From positions 64,001-128,000 of the IMG/VR virus record IMGVR_UViG_3300030419_007131: a stretch of 64,000 nucleotides of DNA; one strand, 5' to 3'. The stretch is from a virus. How positions within the stretch are numbered: position 1 is the first letter of the stretch; each line of letters opens with the position of its first letter. Of this stretch, positions 1 to 7,942 are shown one piece after another. Under the pieces are notes generated by a model. The model had not been told where the DNA came from. It made no database searches and saw only the letters and a program-made list of their open reading frames with translations. The position numbers and the translations under genes were made by a program.

Positions 1-1586
1 TCCTTAATAAAGGATAGGTTATCCAGCTGACTCGACATAGAGGTTAACAAGAAATCCTCTACGGTTCCAAATCGTTTGCGTATATGTGCATCAGTTTCGT
101 TGCGTGTTGTTCCATTGAGACTGATTTCGTCGCCTACAGCTGGATCCACACCACTAAAATCTAGAAAGGTTCGAGCCTCATTCGTGACCTCACCCTTCAG
201 CTTCTTTACATATTTTTCTGACTGACGTTCGATAGTATAGGTTTTGTCGCCCACTTGAAGCTCAACAACGCCGCGGCAGTCTTTCTTGTTCTGGTTAATA
301 ATGTTGTAATTTTTTCTTTCATTTTTCGAAGTAGTATTAAACATGGTATAGAGCAAACCGTCGATGATACTAGATTTACCAGAATAGTTCTTACCAAAAA
401 TACCCACTATACCATTGAGGTTGGCGAAGTCGACGCTGTTGCCCTCACCATAATTGAACAGATTGTCCCACTCAAACCTATTGATGTTCCAGTTAATGTT
501 GCGCGCGACTTCTTCCGTCTCTTCGATCTGTGAGTTATATCTTCGGTTTAGGTCGAAGACTCGTTGCAACATCTCTTCACTTGGTGCATAGTCAGCTAAG
601 TACTCTCGAATGAGATTCTCCTGGACGCCCTTGTCTCGCAGGTTTTCTACCTTAAAGCTCCCGCCAATATTCACTGTTCCTCGCTCCCCAGCGGCGCGAT
701 TTAGAAACGTAATACTCTCCGGCTTAAATCGATGTTTGGCCACATCAACTGCCTTGCGCATAACATCAAGCGGAAGGTTATTGTTACTCACGAGACGCAA
801 GCGCGAGGTCGGAGGAATCTTCGTACCCTTGGGCATTCGTCCTTTTGGCGTGAGTTCGATTGTTACGAATGGTTTTGGATTAAGCAAAACATGGTGACTC
901 ACGCGAAATTCGTTTTTGTCTTCAATTTCCCAAATGAGAAATCCCTTGTCATTTGTCTCGCCGTGATTCTGCTGAACAGTTGAACCACAATACCTCACGC
1001 GGCCTTCAGTGTCGAGAATCTGATTTGTCTTGTGGATATCGCCAAGCATTGCATAGTCGTGACCGGCGAAGACGCCGACGTCATGATCGCCGTGATCCAT
1101 TACCCACCCCGTGTCGGTTTTAACTCCAGACACAGAACCATGATAAAGTGCGATGTTAATGCGCGAGTTGTCGCTTGGAGCAACCCAATGATTTTCATCA
1201 AAAACCGACAACACATTGAGGGCGAGATTCGACTCCAGAACAGTTTCTCCGGAGTTCTTAAGCAAATGTAGGTTCGGTAGATCCAAAGCCTTCACAATGG
1301 GCGACAGCGCGTCCTGGCGGCTGCTGTTCTTTAGGTTGCCGTCGTGGTTCCCCAGAATGATGTAGGTTGGTGCGATTTTCGCTAGATTTGAAAAGAAATC
1401 GGAGCAAAGCTCAACGAACTCTGGTGAAATCTGTGTCTTGGTGTGGGCGATGTCGCCGCAATGAACGATGTAGTCTACGTTCTCTTTGCGAAGGATATCG
1501 TAAAGTTGTTCGAATACCTTCTTGTATTCATAATGAAATTTTAAGTTTTTTATATGCGTGTCCGCAAGGTGTGCTATTTTATACAC
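1..1586 (-). CDS. Mre11-Rad50 (SbcD-SbcC / T4 gp47-gp46-like) fusion protein, 3' end truncated by window edge
   Basis: Hand-translated; not in the ORF track. GTG at 1586 after an AGGGG SD-like site. Metallophosphoesterase motifs AHLADTH, HCGDIAH, ILGNHD, LYHG, LGDIHK and YCGS. The same frame continues to FEWDNLFNY and Walker A GIFGKNYSGKSSIIDGL (~363-400), and stays open to position 3. Confidence 0.9.
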   Translation of the reverse strand, partial: MYKIAHLADTHIKNLKFHYEYKKVFEQLYDILRKENVDYIVHCGDIAHTKTQISPEFVELCSDFFSNLAKIAPTYIILGNHDGNLKNSSRQDALSPIVKALDLPNLHLLKNSGETVLESNLALNVLSVFDENHWVAPSDNSRINIALYHGSVSGVKTDTGWVMDHGDHDVGVFAGHDYAMLGDIHKTNQILDTEGRVRYCGSTVQQNHGETNDKGFLIWEIEDKNEFRVSHHVLLNPKPFVTIELTPKGRMPKGTKIPPTSRLRLVSNNNLPLDVMRKAVDVAKHRFKPESITFLNRAAGERGTVNIGGSFKVENLRDKGVQENLIREYLADYAPSEEMLQRVFDLNRRYNSQIEETEEVARNINWNINRFEWDNLFNYGEGNSVDFANLNGIVGIFGKNYSGKSSIIDGLLYTMFNTTSKNERKNYNIINQNKKDCRGVVELQVGDKTYTIERQSEKYVKKLKGEVTNEARTFLDFSGVDPAVGDEISLNGTTRNETDAHIRKRFGTVEDFLLTSMSSQLDNLSFIK

Positions 1587-1612
1587 GTAGTTATCCCCTA
1601 GGCTATGATACT

Positions 1613-1642
1613 AGTATACAAGATACGCAGAGGGTATGTCAA
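1613..1642 (-). promoter_or_regulatory. sigma70-type promoter for the Mre11-Rad50 gene
   Basis: Minus strand reads TTGACA (1642-1637), an 18 nt spacer, then TATACT (1618-1613). An A/T-rich tract lies upstream and the GTG start is ~27 nt downstream. Confidence 0.75.
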
Positions 1643-1651
1643 GGATTATTT

Positions 1652-1960
1652 TTATAATTCTAGCTCGTCGTCGGGGACACCAGCATGGAAGTCGGCGGAG
1701 GCAGCGCGGTCCTGGGCAGCATACAGCTCCTTTTTCAGCAGGTCCTCCAGATAGGCTTCGACCTCTTTATCTCCGGCCAAACCAAACAATTCGGCAGCGT
1801 CGCGGCCAGATTTTGCTCCTTTGGATGCGGCAACAATCGTCAACTTATTAATAAACTTCTCTTCGGGTGTGCCGCCTTCATGGCGGGGTTCCGTCTGAAG
1901 ATCTCCTAGTCCGATTTCTTCTCTAATAATTTCTTTTAGTCTTTGTTTGGTGATTTTCAT
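1652..1960 (-). CDS. small protein with MKITKQRLKEIIREE leader (putative capsid-internal protein 1)
   Basis: 102 aa, GGAGG SD. N-terminus shared with three neighbouring genes. Confidence 0.75.
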   Translation of the reverse strand: MKITKQRLKEIIREEIGLGDLQTEPRHEGGTPEEKFINKLTIVAASKGAKSGRDAAELFGLAGDKEVEAYLEDLLKKELYAAQDRAASADFHAGVPDDELEL

Positions 1961-1995
1961 TGTTAATCTTCCTCCGGAGGATCATCGCGATCCGG

Positions 1996-2376
1996 TCATT
2001 TCTCTCCCTCTTCCAGATCGTGCCAGCGACCTGTTTTAAGCCCTCGGCGAAGCCTGCCCACCGTTTTATCCGTGGGGGCGCTCACCTTTACGGCTTCTAC
2101 GGGCTCAACCTCAGCAAGACCAGCGCCATCGCGGTTGAGTGCGCTCTGGCGACTCATTGCTTTCTCGATACTACTGTATTCATAAGCGCCGTCGCGACCC
2201 CCAAACTTCGGTCGGCCACTTGAGTCGAGACCATGGAAGTGGGATTCTTTGGCTCCCTTTCCGGACATCCTTAAAACAAAAGGTGCATCCGCGTCATCAA
2301 GTTTGAGAGCGTCCCACTCATACTTCGTAAGCTCTTCTTTAATGATTTCTTCTAATCGGCGGCGAGTAATTTGCAC
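1996..2376 (-). CDS. small protein with MQITRRRLEEIIKEEL leader (putative capsid-internal protein 2)
   Basis: 126 aa, GTG start overlapping the upstream stop. Variant of the leader motif. Confidence 0.75.
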   Translation of the reverse strand: MQITRRRLEEIIKEELTKYEWDALKLDDADAPFVLRMSGKGAKESHFHGLDSSGRPKFGGRDGAYEYSSIEKAMSRQSALNRDGAGLAEVEPVEAVKVSAPTDKTVGRLRRGLKTGRWHDLEEGEK

Positions 2377-2873
2377 TATTTAATGCTCTCCAACAAAATC
2401 TTCGTTTCCTCTAGTGACCTAATCGCCTCTCGAACTTGAGGGTGCTGTTCCAAATTACGAAATGCAGCTTTCTGTATCCTGGAACGAAGGCCGTCGGCCA
2501 AATCAGCAAGCGCCGTTATATCGTTCAGCAAAGCGCCCGGGCTGAGGTCATCCGCTTTTGACGCGGAAGCCTTAGAAGCCTCACCGGCACGGAGAATCGC
2601 AGAAACTTCATCTTTTGTATATTCCTCAGTGATAGCATTAGCGGCATCAGCGAGCGCTTGTATGTGTTGTCTGATTTTTTCTTTCTTTTTTGGATCTTTT
2701 TCAGTCTTCCAAAGGTTAAATAATTCTTGAGTGACCTTTTTGGCGTTCTGTAAAGATGCAAGCTTCTCTTGGGCTGCGGCGTGGCGCGCCCGAGTTAGTC
2801 CAAAAGTTCCTTCCTCGACTGCTCCAACTTCTTCCCTAATAATCTCTTTTAGTCTTTGTTTGGTGATTTTCAT
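2376..2873 (-). CDS. small protein with MKITKQRLKEIIREE leader (putative capsid-internal protein 3)
   Basis: 165 aa, helical and charged, GGAG SD. First 45 nt are 43/45 identical to the start of gene 1652-1960. Confidence 0.75.
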   Translation of the reverse strand: MKITKQRLKEIIREEVGAVEEGTFGLTRARHAAAQEKLASLQNAKKVTQELFNLWKTEKDPKKKEKIRQHIQALADAANAITEEYTKDEVSAILRAGEASKASASKADDLSPGALLNDITALADLADGLRSRIQKAAFRNLEQHPQVREAIRSLEETKILLESIK

Positions 2874-3085
2874 TCTAATTCTCCACGCTCTTCCATTGAG
2901 TGAGCAATTGCTGTCGCTTGTTTCGGATCTTTACCTTCCTTGTCAACCAAATAGGCGATCTTTCGAGAGATGCGCTCGTCCTTGGCTTTCTTGGCTTCTT
3001 CTAATTCCTGGGTTCCCCGATGAAACTCCCGATAAAAGAGTTCTTCGTGGATGATTTGCTTTAAGCGCGATGTTGAGATTTTCAT
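2870..3085 (-). CDS. small protein with MKISTSRLKQIIHEEL leader (putative capsid-internal protein 4)
   Basis: Start moved to the ATG at 3085, which follows an AGGAG SD (3090-3094) and begins the leader motif. 71 aa. Confidence 0.7.
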   Translation of the reverse strand: MKISTSRLKQIIHEELFYREFHRGTQELEEAKKAKDERISRKIAYLVDKEGKDPKQATAIAHSMEERGELE

Positions 3086-3092
3086 TGGACTC

Positions 3093-4028
3093 CTAGACGG
3101 ACATTGCAAGCGTCAACAATAAATAGTTGTCTGGAGTGATAAGGGTCGCATTTTCCAAGCATTTCTGGAATTGCTCTTTGTTCATCGAGCCAACATCTTC
3201 ATTGTCGCGAATATCAACCTTCCAAACCTCGATATCGAAATCCAACAAAGTCTTAATGATCTCAAGCTCTTTCTTCTTTGCGTCAGGATCCAGAGCCACG
3301 TAAACTCCCGCATCTTCTTTCACGATCTTGCGAAGCAAAACAGAGTTCTGATTTAGCGTAGATCCCAAGATGGGCACAGCATTTCTGCCTGCCGTAATCG
3401 CATCGAATACGCCCTCTACCAGAATGATATCGGAACTCCAATCCACAAACAAATCATTGAAGACAATGTTCTTGCTCACTGGTGGGTTCTTGTACTTAGG
3501 ATAGAACTTCTTGTCGTAGGAGCGTGACACAAAATAGGTCAAATCACCCTCGTCGTCAAACGACGGAATGATAATGCGGCCTTCGTATTCGCCACTGGCG
3601 CAATACCCCATCTTCCACCACACGATATCTTCTCGGTTGATACCTCGCTTACGAAGATAGTTGCGGGCCGCGAAGCCTGTCGGCGGCACATCCCGGGTGG
3701 TCAAGGACACAAACCCTTCAGGCATTTCTAAAATTTGTTTTTCTTCGACTTTTTCTTCGAATATATCTTCAAGCTTGTCATATTCAACAGCGTCTGTAAA
3801 CTCTCGCCACTGCGCTTTGTCGTGGTTTGTGCCGAACCGACGAATAACTCGGTAAATGTTTTTGCCACGCGTATCGCAGACCCAACACTTGTAATAACCT
3901 TTGTCAATGTTGACAGAAAACTTGCGCTTATGATGATCGCAGTAAGGGCACTTAAATAAAAACTCATTGTTGGACCTATAAAAAGGCCCCAGTACATTAG
4001 TTAGAATCTTGAGTTTCTTGGTTTTCAC
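3093..4028 (-). CDS. DNA primase (Zn-finger + TOPRIM)
   Basis: CPYCDH...CWVC zinc finger, YLRKRGI, GRIIIP, KYKNP, TOPRIM ILVEGVFDA and LDPDA. GTG at 4028 preferred over the track start at 4049. Confidence 0.9.
   Translation of the reverse strand: MKTKKLKILTNVLGPFYRSNNEFLFKCPYCDHHKRKFSVNIDKGYYKCWVCDTRGKNIYRVIRRFGTNHDKAQWREFTDAVEYDKLEDIFEEKVEEKQILEMPEGFVSLTTRDVPPTGFAARNYLRKRGINREDIVWWKMGYCASGEYEGRIIIPSFDDEGDLTYFVSRSYDKKFYPKYKNPPVSKNIVFNDLFVDWSSDIILVEGVFDAITAGRNAVPILGSTLNQNSVLLRKIVKEDAGVYVALDPDAKKKELEIIKTLLDFDIEVWKVDIRDNEDVGSMNKEQFQKCLENATLITPDNYLLLTLAMSV
3118..3128 (-). promoter_or_regulatory. putative late promoter motif (AACTATTTATT) upstream of the leader-peptide cassette
   Basis: CTATTTA core ~35 nt upstream of ATG 3085. 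The same core occurs in intergenic gaps at 7921-7931 and 62641-62649. Confidence 0.45.
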
Positions 4029-4530
4029 GAACCCACCCTGCCCGAGCAATTACATAACTATCCGACCGGTCAGCATAACCAGCCTTTGGATTTCCATGCC
4101 TAGTGTATTCTATCTCAAAACCAGGCACATTGTCAAGAACAAATTGCAACGAAACAGCCTTTGCTTTTTGTCCCTTGGGGACCTTTATACCACAAAGCTT
4201 ACGAGCGGAGGTGGCAGCAAGGTATTTAGGTTCACCATAAAACATATTATAACATAACCATGACACAATGCCATTAATTTTGGACAAAAGAGATAAGGTC
4301 TGCGCTGACGAAAACCCGGAGCGGAAGGATTGAAGCGACTGTTCGATATACACCCGCTCTATGGGATATTCCCCCTCTAACGCTTCTAGGCGCTTTCTCA
4401 CAAGCTGCACTTTTTTGAAGAAGTTTTTTTCCTTGCGCAAGTCAATGTGGTCGCACACCAAAATATTGCCACCATAATCTAATACGGTATAGCCAGTAAT
4501 GCTGGTCGATATATCTAAACCCAAAATCAT
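3997..4530 (-). CDS. ruvC: RuvC-like Holliday junction resolvase
   Basis: MILGLDISTSITGY, VYIEQ and C-terminal DRSDSYVIA match the RuvC acidic catalytic residue pattern. Confidence 0.85.
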   Translation of the reverse strand: MILGLDISTSITGYTVLDYGGNILVCDHIDLRKEKNFFKKVQLVRKRLEALEGEYPIERVYIEQSLQSFRSGFSSAQTLSLLSKINGIVSWLCYNMFYGEPKYLAATSARKLCGIKVPKGQKAKAVSLQFVLDNVPGFEIEYTRHGNPKAGYADRSDSYVIARAGWVRENQETQDSN

Positions 4531-4543
4531 ACAGTTTATAATA

Positions 4544-5782
4544 TCAGATGTCTAGCTTGATCTTAAATGTAAAGTCGCGATTGGCAGTCTTTCGAACAGG
4601 AGTGGCCATTTTGGCAATACCGATGAGATTCTTTTTCGAATCATAAATGCCAACCTTAGAAATATAGGTTGTCTTGTCAAAGGATGCGGTGGGATCTCCG
4701 TATGCTGAGCTGACAATGTTTTTAATAGCAATTTCGTCATTCTCGATATAAGCACGAGAACCGGAGGCTATAGAGTTGCCTGCGGAATAGGTCACAAAAG
4801 TGGGATTGTTAGACTGGTTGATTTGTCCTTTGGGACACGTGGCAAACATCGTAAGGGTTTGTGTATAAGTGGTACCGCTGAACTCCATAATAAAGGACGA
4901 ACTAGGTGCGATGACGCTTCCAGAAATTGATTGGCCAAAAAATACCCACGCGGGGTTGTCGCCAGCTGGGGTGTCGACGGAGCTTGTATAGGCATCAGTT
5001 ACGGTCGTAGAAAGGGCGTCGGATGCAGTTAACACTATGAACCCTTCATTATACAGAGCGAACCCTATGACGCTACCCGAGCCCACTCCATAGGTGGAGT
5101 ACAGAGCACCATCGCGATTTTTATCGGTAGCCTGCCCAACGAGAGTTCCGGTGATATAATATTTTAAATCAATAGTCCCTTTCTTAATCTCTGAGCCATA
5201 AAAAATACCGGGAATGTTGATCAATCCGACGGGTACTGAGCCCAGGTCTCTCGTTACAGGGCCGCTAGATGCGCTGAAAACCACATTGGGGTTTAAGTAA
5301 CGATAATGATTTATGGTGTTCTTTAAAGCATATAAATGAGAAACATATGCTGAAGATGTACGAGTGGTAGTTGCACTATAATACTCCTTGGCAATACTGG
5401 ATGTGTATGGATACGAACTGATCATCACGTCTCCATAATTGGAGGTGTTGAAGGATGCAGCGGCTTGGGTGCGATATCCAATACGCGAGCCAGTTTTCAC
5501 AACAAATGAATAAATGAGGCCTGAATCGGGGGTCTCTTGTGCAGGGTCCGGGCTAGAAGGGCCTATCAGGCGCCCAGTAGAGGAGGAAACTCTATCAACA
5601 TTTAACTCATAAAGAGAAACAAACCCAGCATCGGTAAGCCTAATGGGGTCTGCAAACGCACCTGAAAGATTGGGGGTATTATTATAAAAAGCGGAGCCGC
5701 TATAAACTAAAAATTTAACGCTTGGATGTGTCTTTAATGTGTTTGAATAAACATCATTTTTGTTAAACTTATAATAAGGCAT
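4544..5782 (-). CDS. virion tail/baseplate structural protein (collar-fibre-like C-terminus)
   Basis: 412 aa, S/T/G-rich. C-terminal YISKVGIYD...LIGIAKMATPVRK...FKIKLD is paralogous to the next gene. Last gene of the structural block. Confidence 0.6.
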   Translation of the reverse strand: MPYYKFNKNDVYSNTLKTHPSVKFLVYSGSAFYNNTPNLSGAFADPIRLTDAGFVSLYELNVDRVSSSTGRLIGPSSPDPAQETPDSGLIYSFVVKTGSRIGYRTQAAASFNTSNYGDVMISSYPYTSSIAKEYYSATTTRTSSAYVSHLYALKNTINHYRYLNPNVVFSASSGPVTRDLGSVPVGLINIPGIFYGSEIKKGTIDLKYYITGTLVGQATDKNRDGALYSTYGVGSGSVIGFALYNEGFIVLTASDALSTTVTDAYTSSVDTPAGDNPAWVFFGQSISGSVIAPSSSFIMEFSGTTYTQTLTMFATCPKGQINQSNNPTFVTYSAGNSIASGSRAYIENDEIAIKNIVSSAYGDPTASFDKTTYISKVGIYDSKKNLIGIAKMATPVRKTANRDFTFKIKLDI

Positions 5783-5802
5783 GCCATAACCGCGTCTGCA
5801 CT

Positions 5803-6942
5803 CTAATAATCTAATCGCACTCTGACGGTAAACTCAGTAGTGGGATCCTTCTTCAGAGGCTCCGACAGCTTGGCGACCGCCAAAAGTTCGTTATCTGGCG
5901 AATATAATCCGACTGTTGTCACATATGAAACTGGGAGATCTTGTGAGTTATTTTTCACAACCATCTTACTAGCACTAACATAGGTGGTATTAGAGGAATA
6001 ATTAAAGTCTGTATTATTTGCGCGGCAGAAATAGACCGTTGAATTAAGTTCGGTTGTATTGTTGAATGATATATTAGATATCCGTCGACGGAGATTATCC
6101 GCATTCGTGTCAATAGTGGTGCCGCTCAAGGCCGTATTAAAAAACGAAGCACCATTAGTCGGAGTTACTTGAGTATTAGGCTCGCCGCCGCGTGAAGGTG
6201 AAGCAGCCGGATTACTAGTTGCGAGGAGGCCCGTAGTGGGGCTGCTACCAGTAAAGCTTCTAAAAAGAGAACACGTGAGGACCATGACCGCAGCCTGATA
6301 ATATAGCAAGCCTACCTTGGCATATCCATTCTCATCAACGGCTCCCGCAGCAAGATTGGATCCAGTTGCATAAAGAATACCATATTCGCCGGCCGGAGAA
6401 TTGATTTTATATCCATTCGAGCCGCTCTTGTCTGTTATCGTAACCGATTGCGATAATGGAGTTGTTGAGCCCACACCTTTTGACGTGAAGATCGAAAACT
6501 GAAAGCTTCCCTTCTTGATCTCATCTTTGGCCAGCAGTCTCGTAAAGTTAAAGAAAAAGGCTTCCTTGTTCTTGTTGCCGCCGGTCAAATCGCCGTCTTC
6601 GTCGAACTCACGAATGGCGCCAGTTTCATCATATCCCACCAAAACCTGTGCCATTTCATTATAGATGTTAATTTTCTTGGCATTTTGGACACGATCAGAT
6701 GAACCAGACAGTCCCGAGTTCGCCGAATAACCGCAGGTTATATCTAAAAGATGATTAGCTGAGGAGCTTAAGTATGGGTAATCATAAACTGATTGGAACA
6801 TCCCGTGTCCATAGTTTTTAATATTAGCATCCGCGTATGTTCCTGAAATAATGGTTCCCGTGATTGGAATCGCCTCGTGTAATAGGTTTCTTGTTACAAC
6901 CGAATCTTTGCCGGGTTCAAAAGTTTTAAATGAAGTAGCCAT
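5803..6942 (-). CDS. virion tail/baseplate structural protein (collar-fibre-like C-terminus)
   Basis: 379 aa. C-terminal YVTTVGLYS...LLAVAKLSEPLKK...VRVRLDY; shares EIKKG(S/T) with 4544-5782. Confidence 0.6.
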   Translation of the reverse strand: MATSFKTFEPGKDSVVTRNLLHEAIPITGTIISGTYADANIKNYGHGMFQSVYDYPYLSSSANHLLDITCGYSANSGLSGSSDRVQNAKKINIYNEMAQVLVGYDETGAIREFDEDGDLTGGNKNKEAFFFNFTRLLAKDEIKKGSFQFSIFTSKGVGSTTPLSQSVTITDKSGSNGYKINSPAGEYGILYATGSNLAAGAVDENGYAKVGLLYYQAAVMVLTCSLFRSFTGSSPTTGLLATSNPAASPSRGGEPNTQVTPTNGASFFNTALSGTTIDTNADNLRRRISNISFNNTTELNSTVYFCRANNTDFNYSSNTTYVSASKMVVKNNSQDLPVSYVTTVGLYSPDNELLAVAKLSEPLKKDPTTEFTVRVRLDY

Positions 6943-6957
6943 CTGTGTATCCTTATC

Positions 6958-7905
6958 TTAAGTAGTTTTCTTAACAAAACGCAACGGAATATCTAAGGTA
7001 TAGCCCGTTGACACTCCTGAGATTCTCAGAACCGTGTCGATAAACTGATAGTCTGCCGCGGCCAGTGTTTTAGTCCCGCTTACAATATCAACAGTTCCTC
7101 CGGATCCGAGCTGGCCAAATAGATAGGTACTTGTCTTAAGATCCAAACTAGAAGCCACCTTGAGAGACAGACGAGTGCCACGGGGCCCGGCGATTGCAGA
7201 AGAATCTCCGGGAGAGAGCCGCGTTACAGTTCCTGAATCATCAGTATCAGTAAAAATATAAGTAGCAATATCGTCGTCGTCGATAGACGTGGGAGTGAAC
7301 CCCTCGTCGCCCTCACCTACATCAGGTGCTGTCAAAAACCCGAGACGATTATCAATCTGCACAAAATACTGCGTTTCTAAGAGCACCGGATTTATAAAGT
7401 CTTCCGCCGAAAGCTCCGTAGTATTCAGTCCCTGATCACTAGTCACCCTCTTGCTGCCTTGATCGGGGCGGAAACCGTTCATAATTCCATCGTCCAAGCT
7501 GTTGTTATCTGTAGTCAAGGCATTAACCGTGGTTTGGTCGACCAAAACTATATAACTAGATAACGCTGGGGATTGAGTTGAAGCAAACTTAGAATCGCCA
7601 GAATTCCTATGCTGTATTACAGGTAAATATAATAAATCATTTTCTGTATAAGACAAAAGTCGAGATTTCATGCTCGACATATTGTTGGTAAAAGCCTCAA
7701 AGACCGGAGTCTGGAGGATCGCGACGTCATAATAAGCTGACCCACTAGGATTGTTCTTTTCGTACAATCCATAATCTATCTCGTCGTCGCCAAAGGCAAA
7801 CTTAGCCACCCTAAATTTACCATTGCCCTCAGACAGTCTTTTTCTACCCAAATCGGTTAAAACGGCATCTAATATAATATCGCCGGAGTTATCTAAAAAT
7901 CCCAT
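6958..7905 (-). CDS. virion tail/baseplate structural protein (collar-fibre-like N-terminus)
   Basis: 315 aa, GAGG SD. N-terminal ILDAVLTDLGRKRL...KFAFGDDEIDY is paralogous to 14199-15125. Confidence 0.6.
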   Translation of the reverse strand: MGFLDNSGDIILDAVLTDLGRKRLSEGNGKFRVAKFAFGDDEIDYGLYEKNNPSGSAYYDVAILQTPVFEAFTNNMSSMKSRLLSYTENDLLYLPVIQHRNSGDSKFASTQSPALSSYIVLVDQTTVNALTTDNNSLDDGIMNGFRPDQGSKRVTSDQGLNTTELSAEDFINPVLLETQYFVQIDNRLGFLTAPDVGEGDEGFTPTSIDDDDIATYIFTDTDDSGTVTRLSPGDSSAIAGPRGTRLSLKVASSLDLKTSTYLFGQLGSGGTVDIVSGTKTLAAADYQFIDTVLRISGVSTGYTLDIPLRFVKKTT

Positions 7906-7920
7906 GTTTATGTCCTCTTC

Positions 7921-7931
7921 ATATAAATAGT
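7921..7931 (-). promoter_or_regulatory. putative late promoter motif (ACTATTTATAT)
   Basis: Lies in the 37-nt intergenic gap just upstream of the SD of gene 6958-7905. Confidence 0.5.
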
Positions 7932-7942
7932 GCTAAATATCA

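Larger units (their letters stand above)
1916..2873 (-). repeat. 45-bp dispersed direct repeat encoding the leader peptide (copies 1916-1960 and 2829-2873)
   Basis: ttcttctctaataatttcttttagtctttgtttggtgattttcat vs ttcttccctaataatctcttttagtctttgtttggtgattttcat; 2 mismatches. Confidence 0.9.

Noticed and set aside
4526-4554. TAGACA-N17-TATGAT sigma70-like match near the ruvC start
   Set aside because: The -10 box overlaps the ruvC ATG, so it could not drive that gene; too weak to call.
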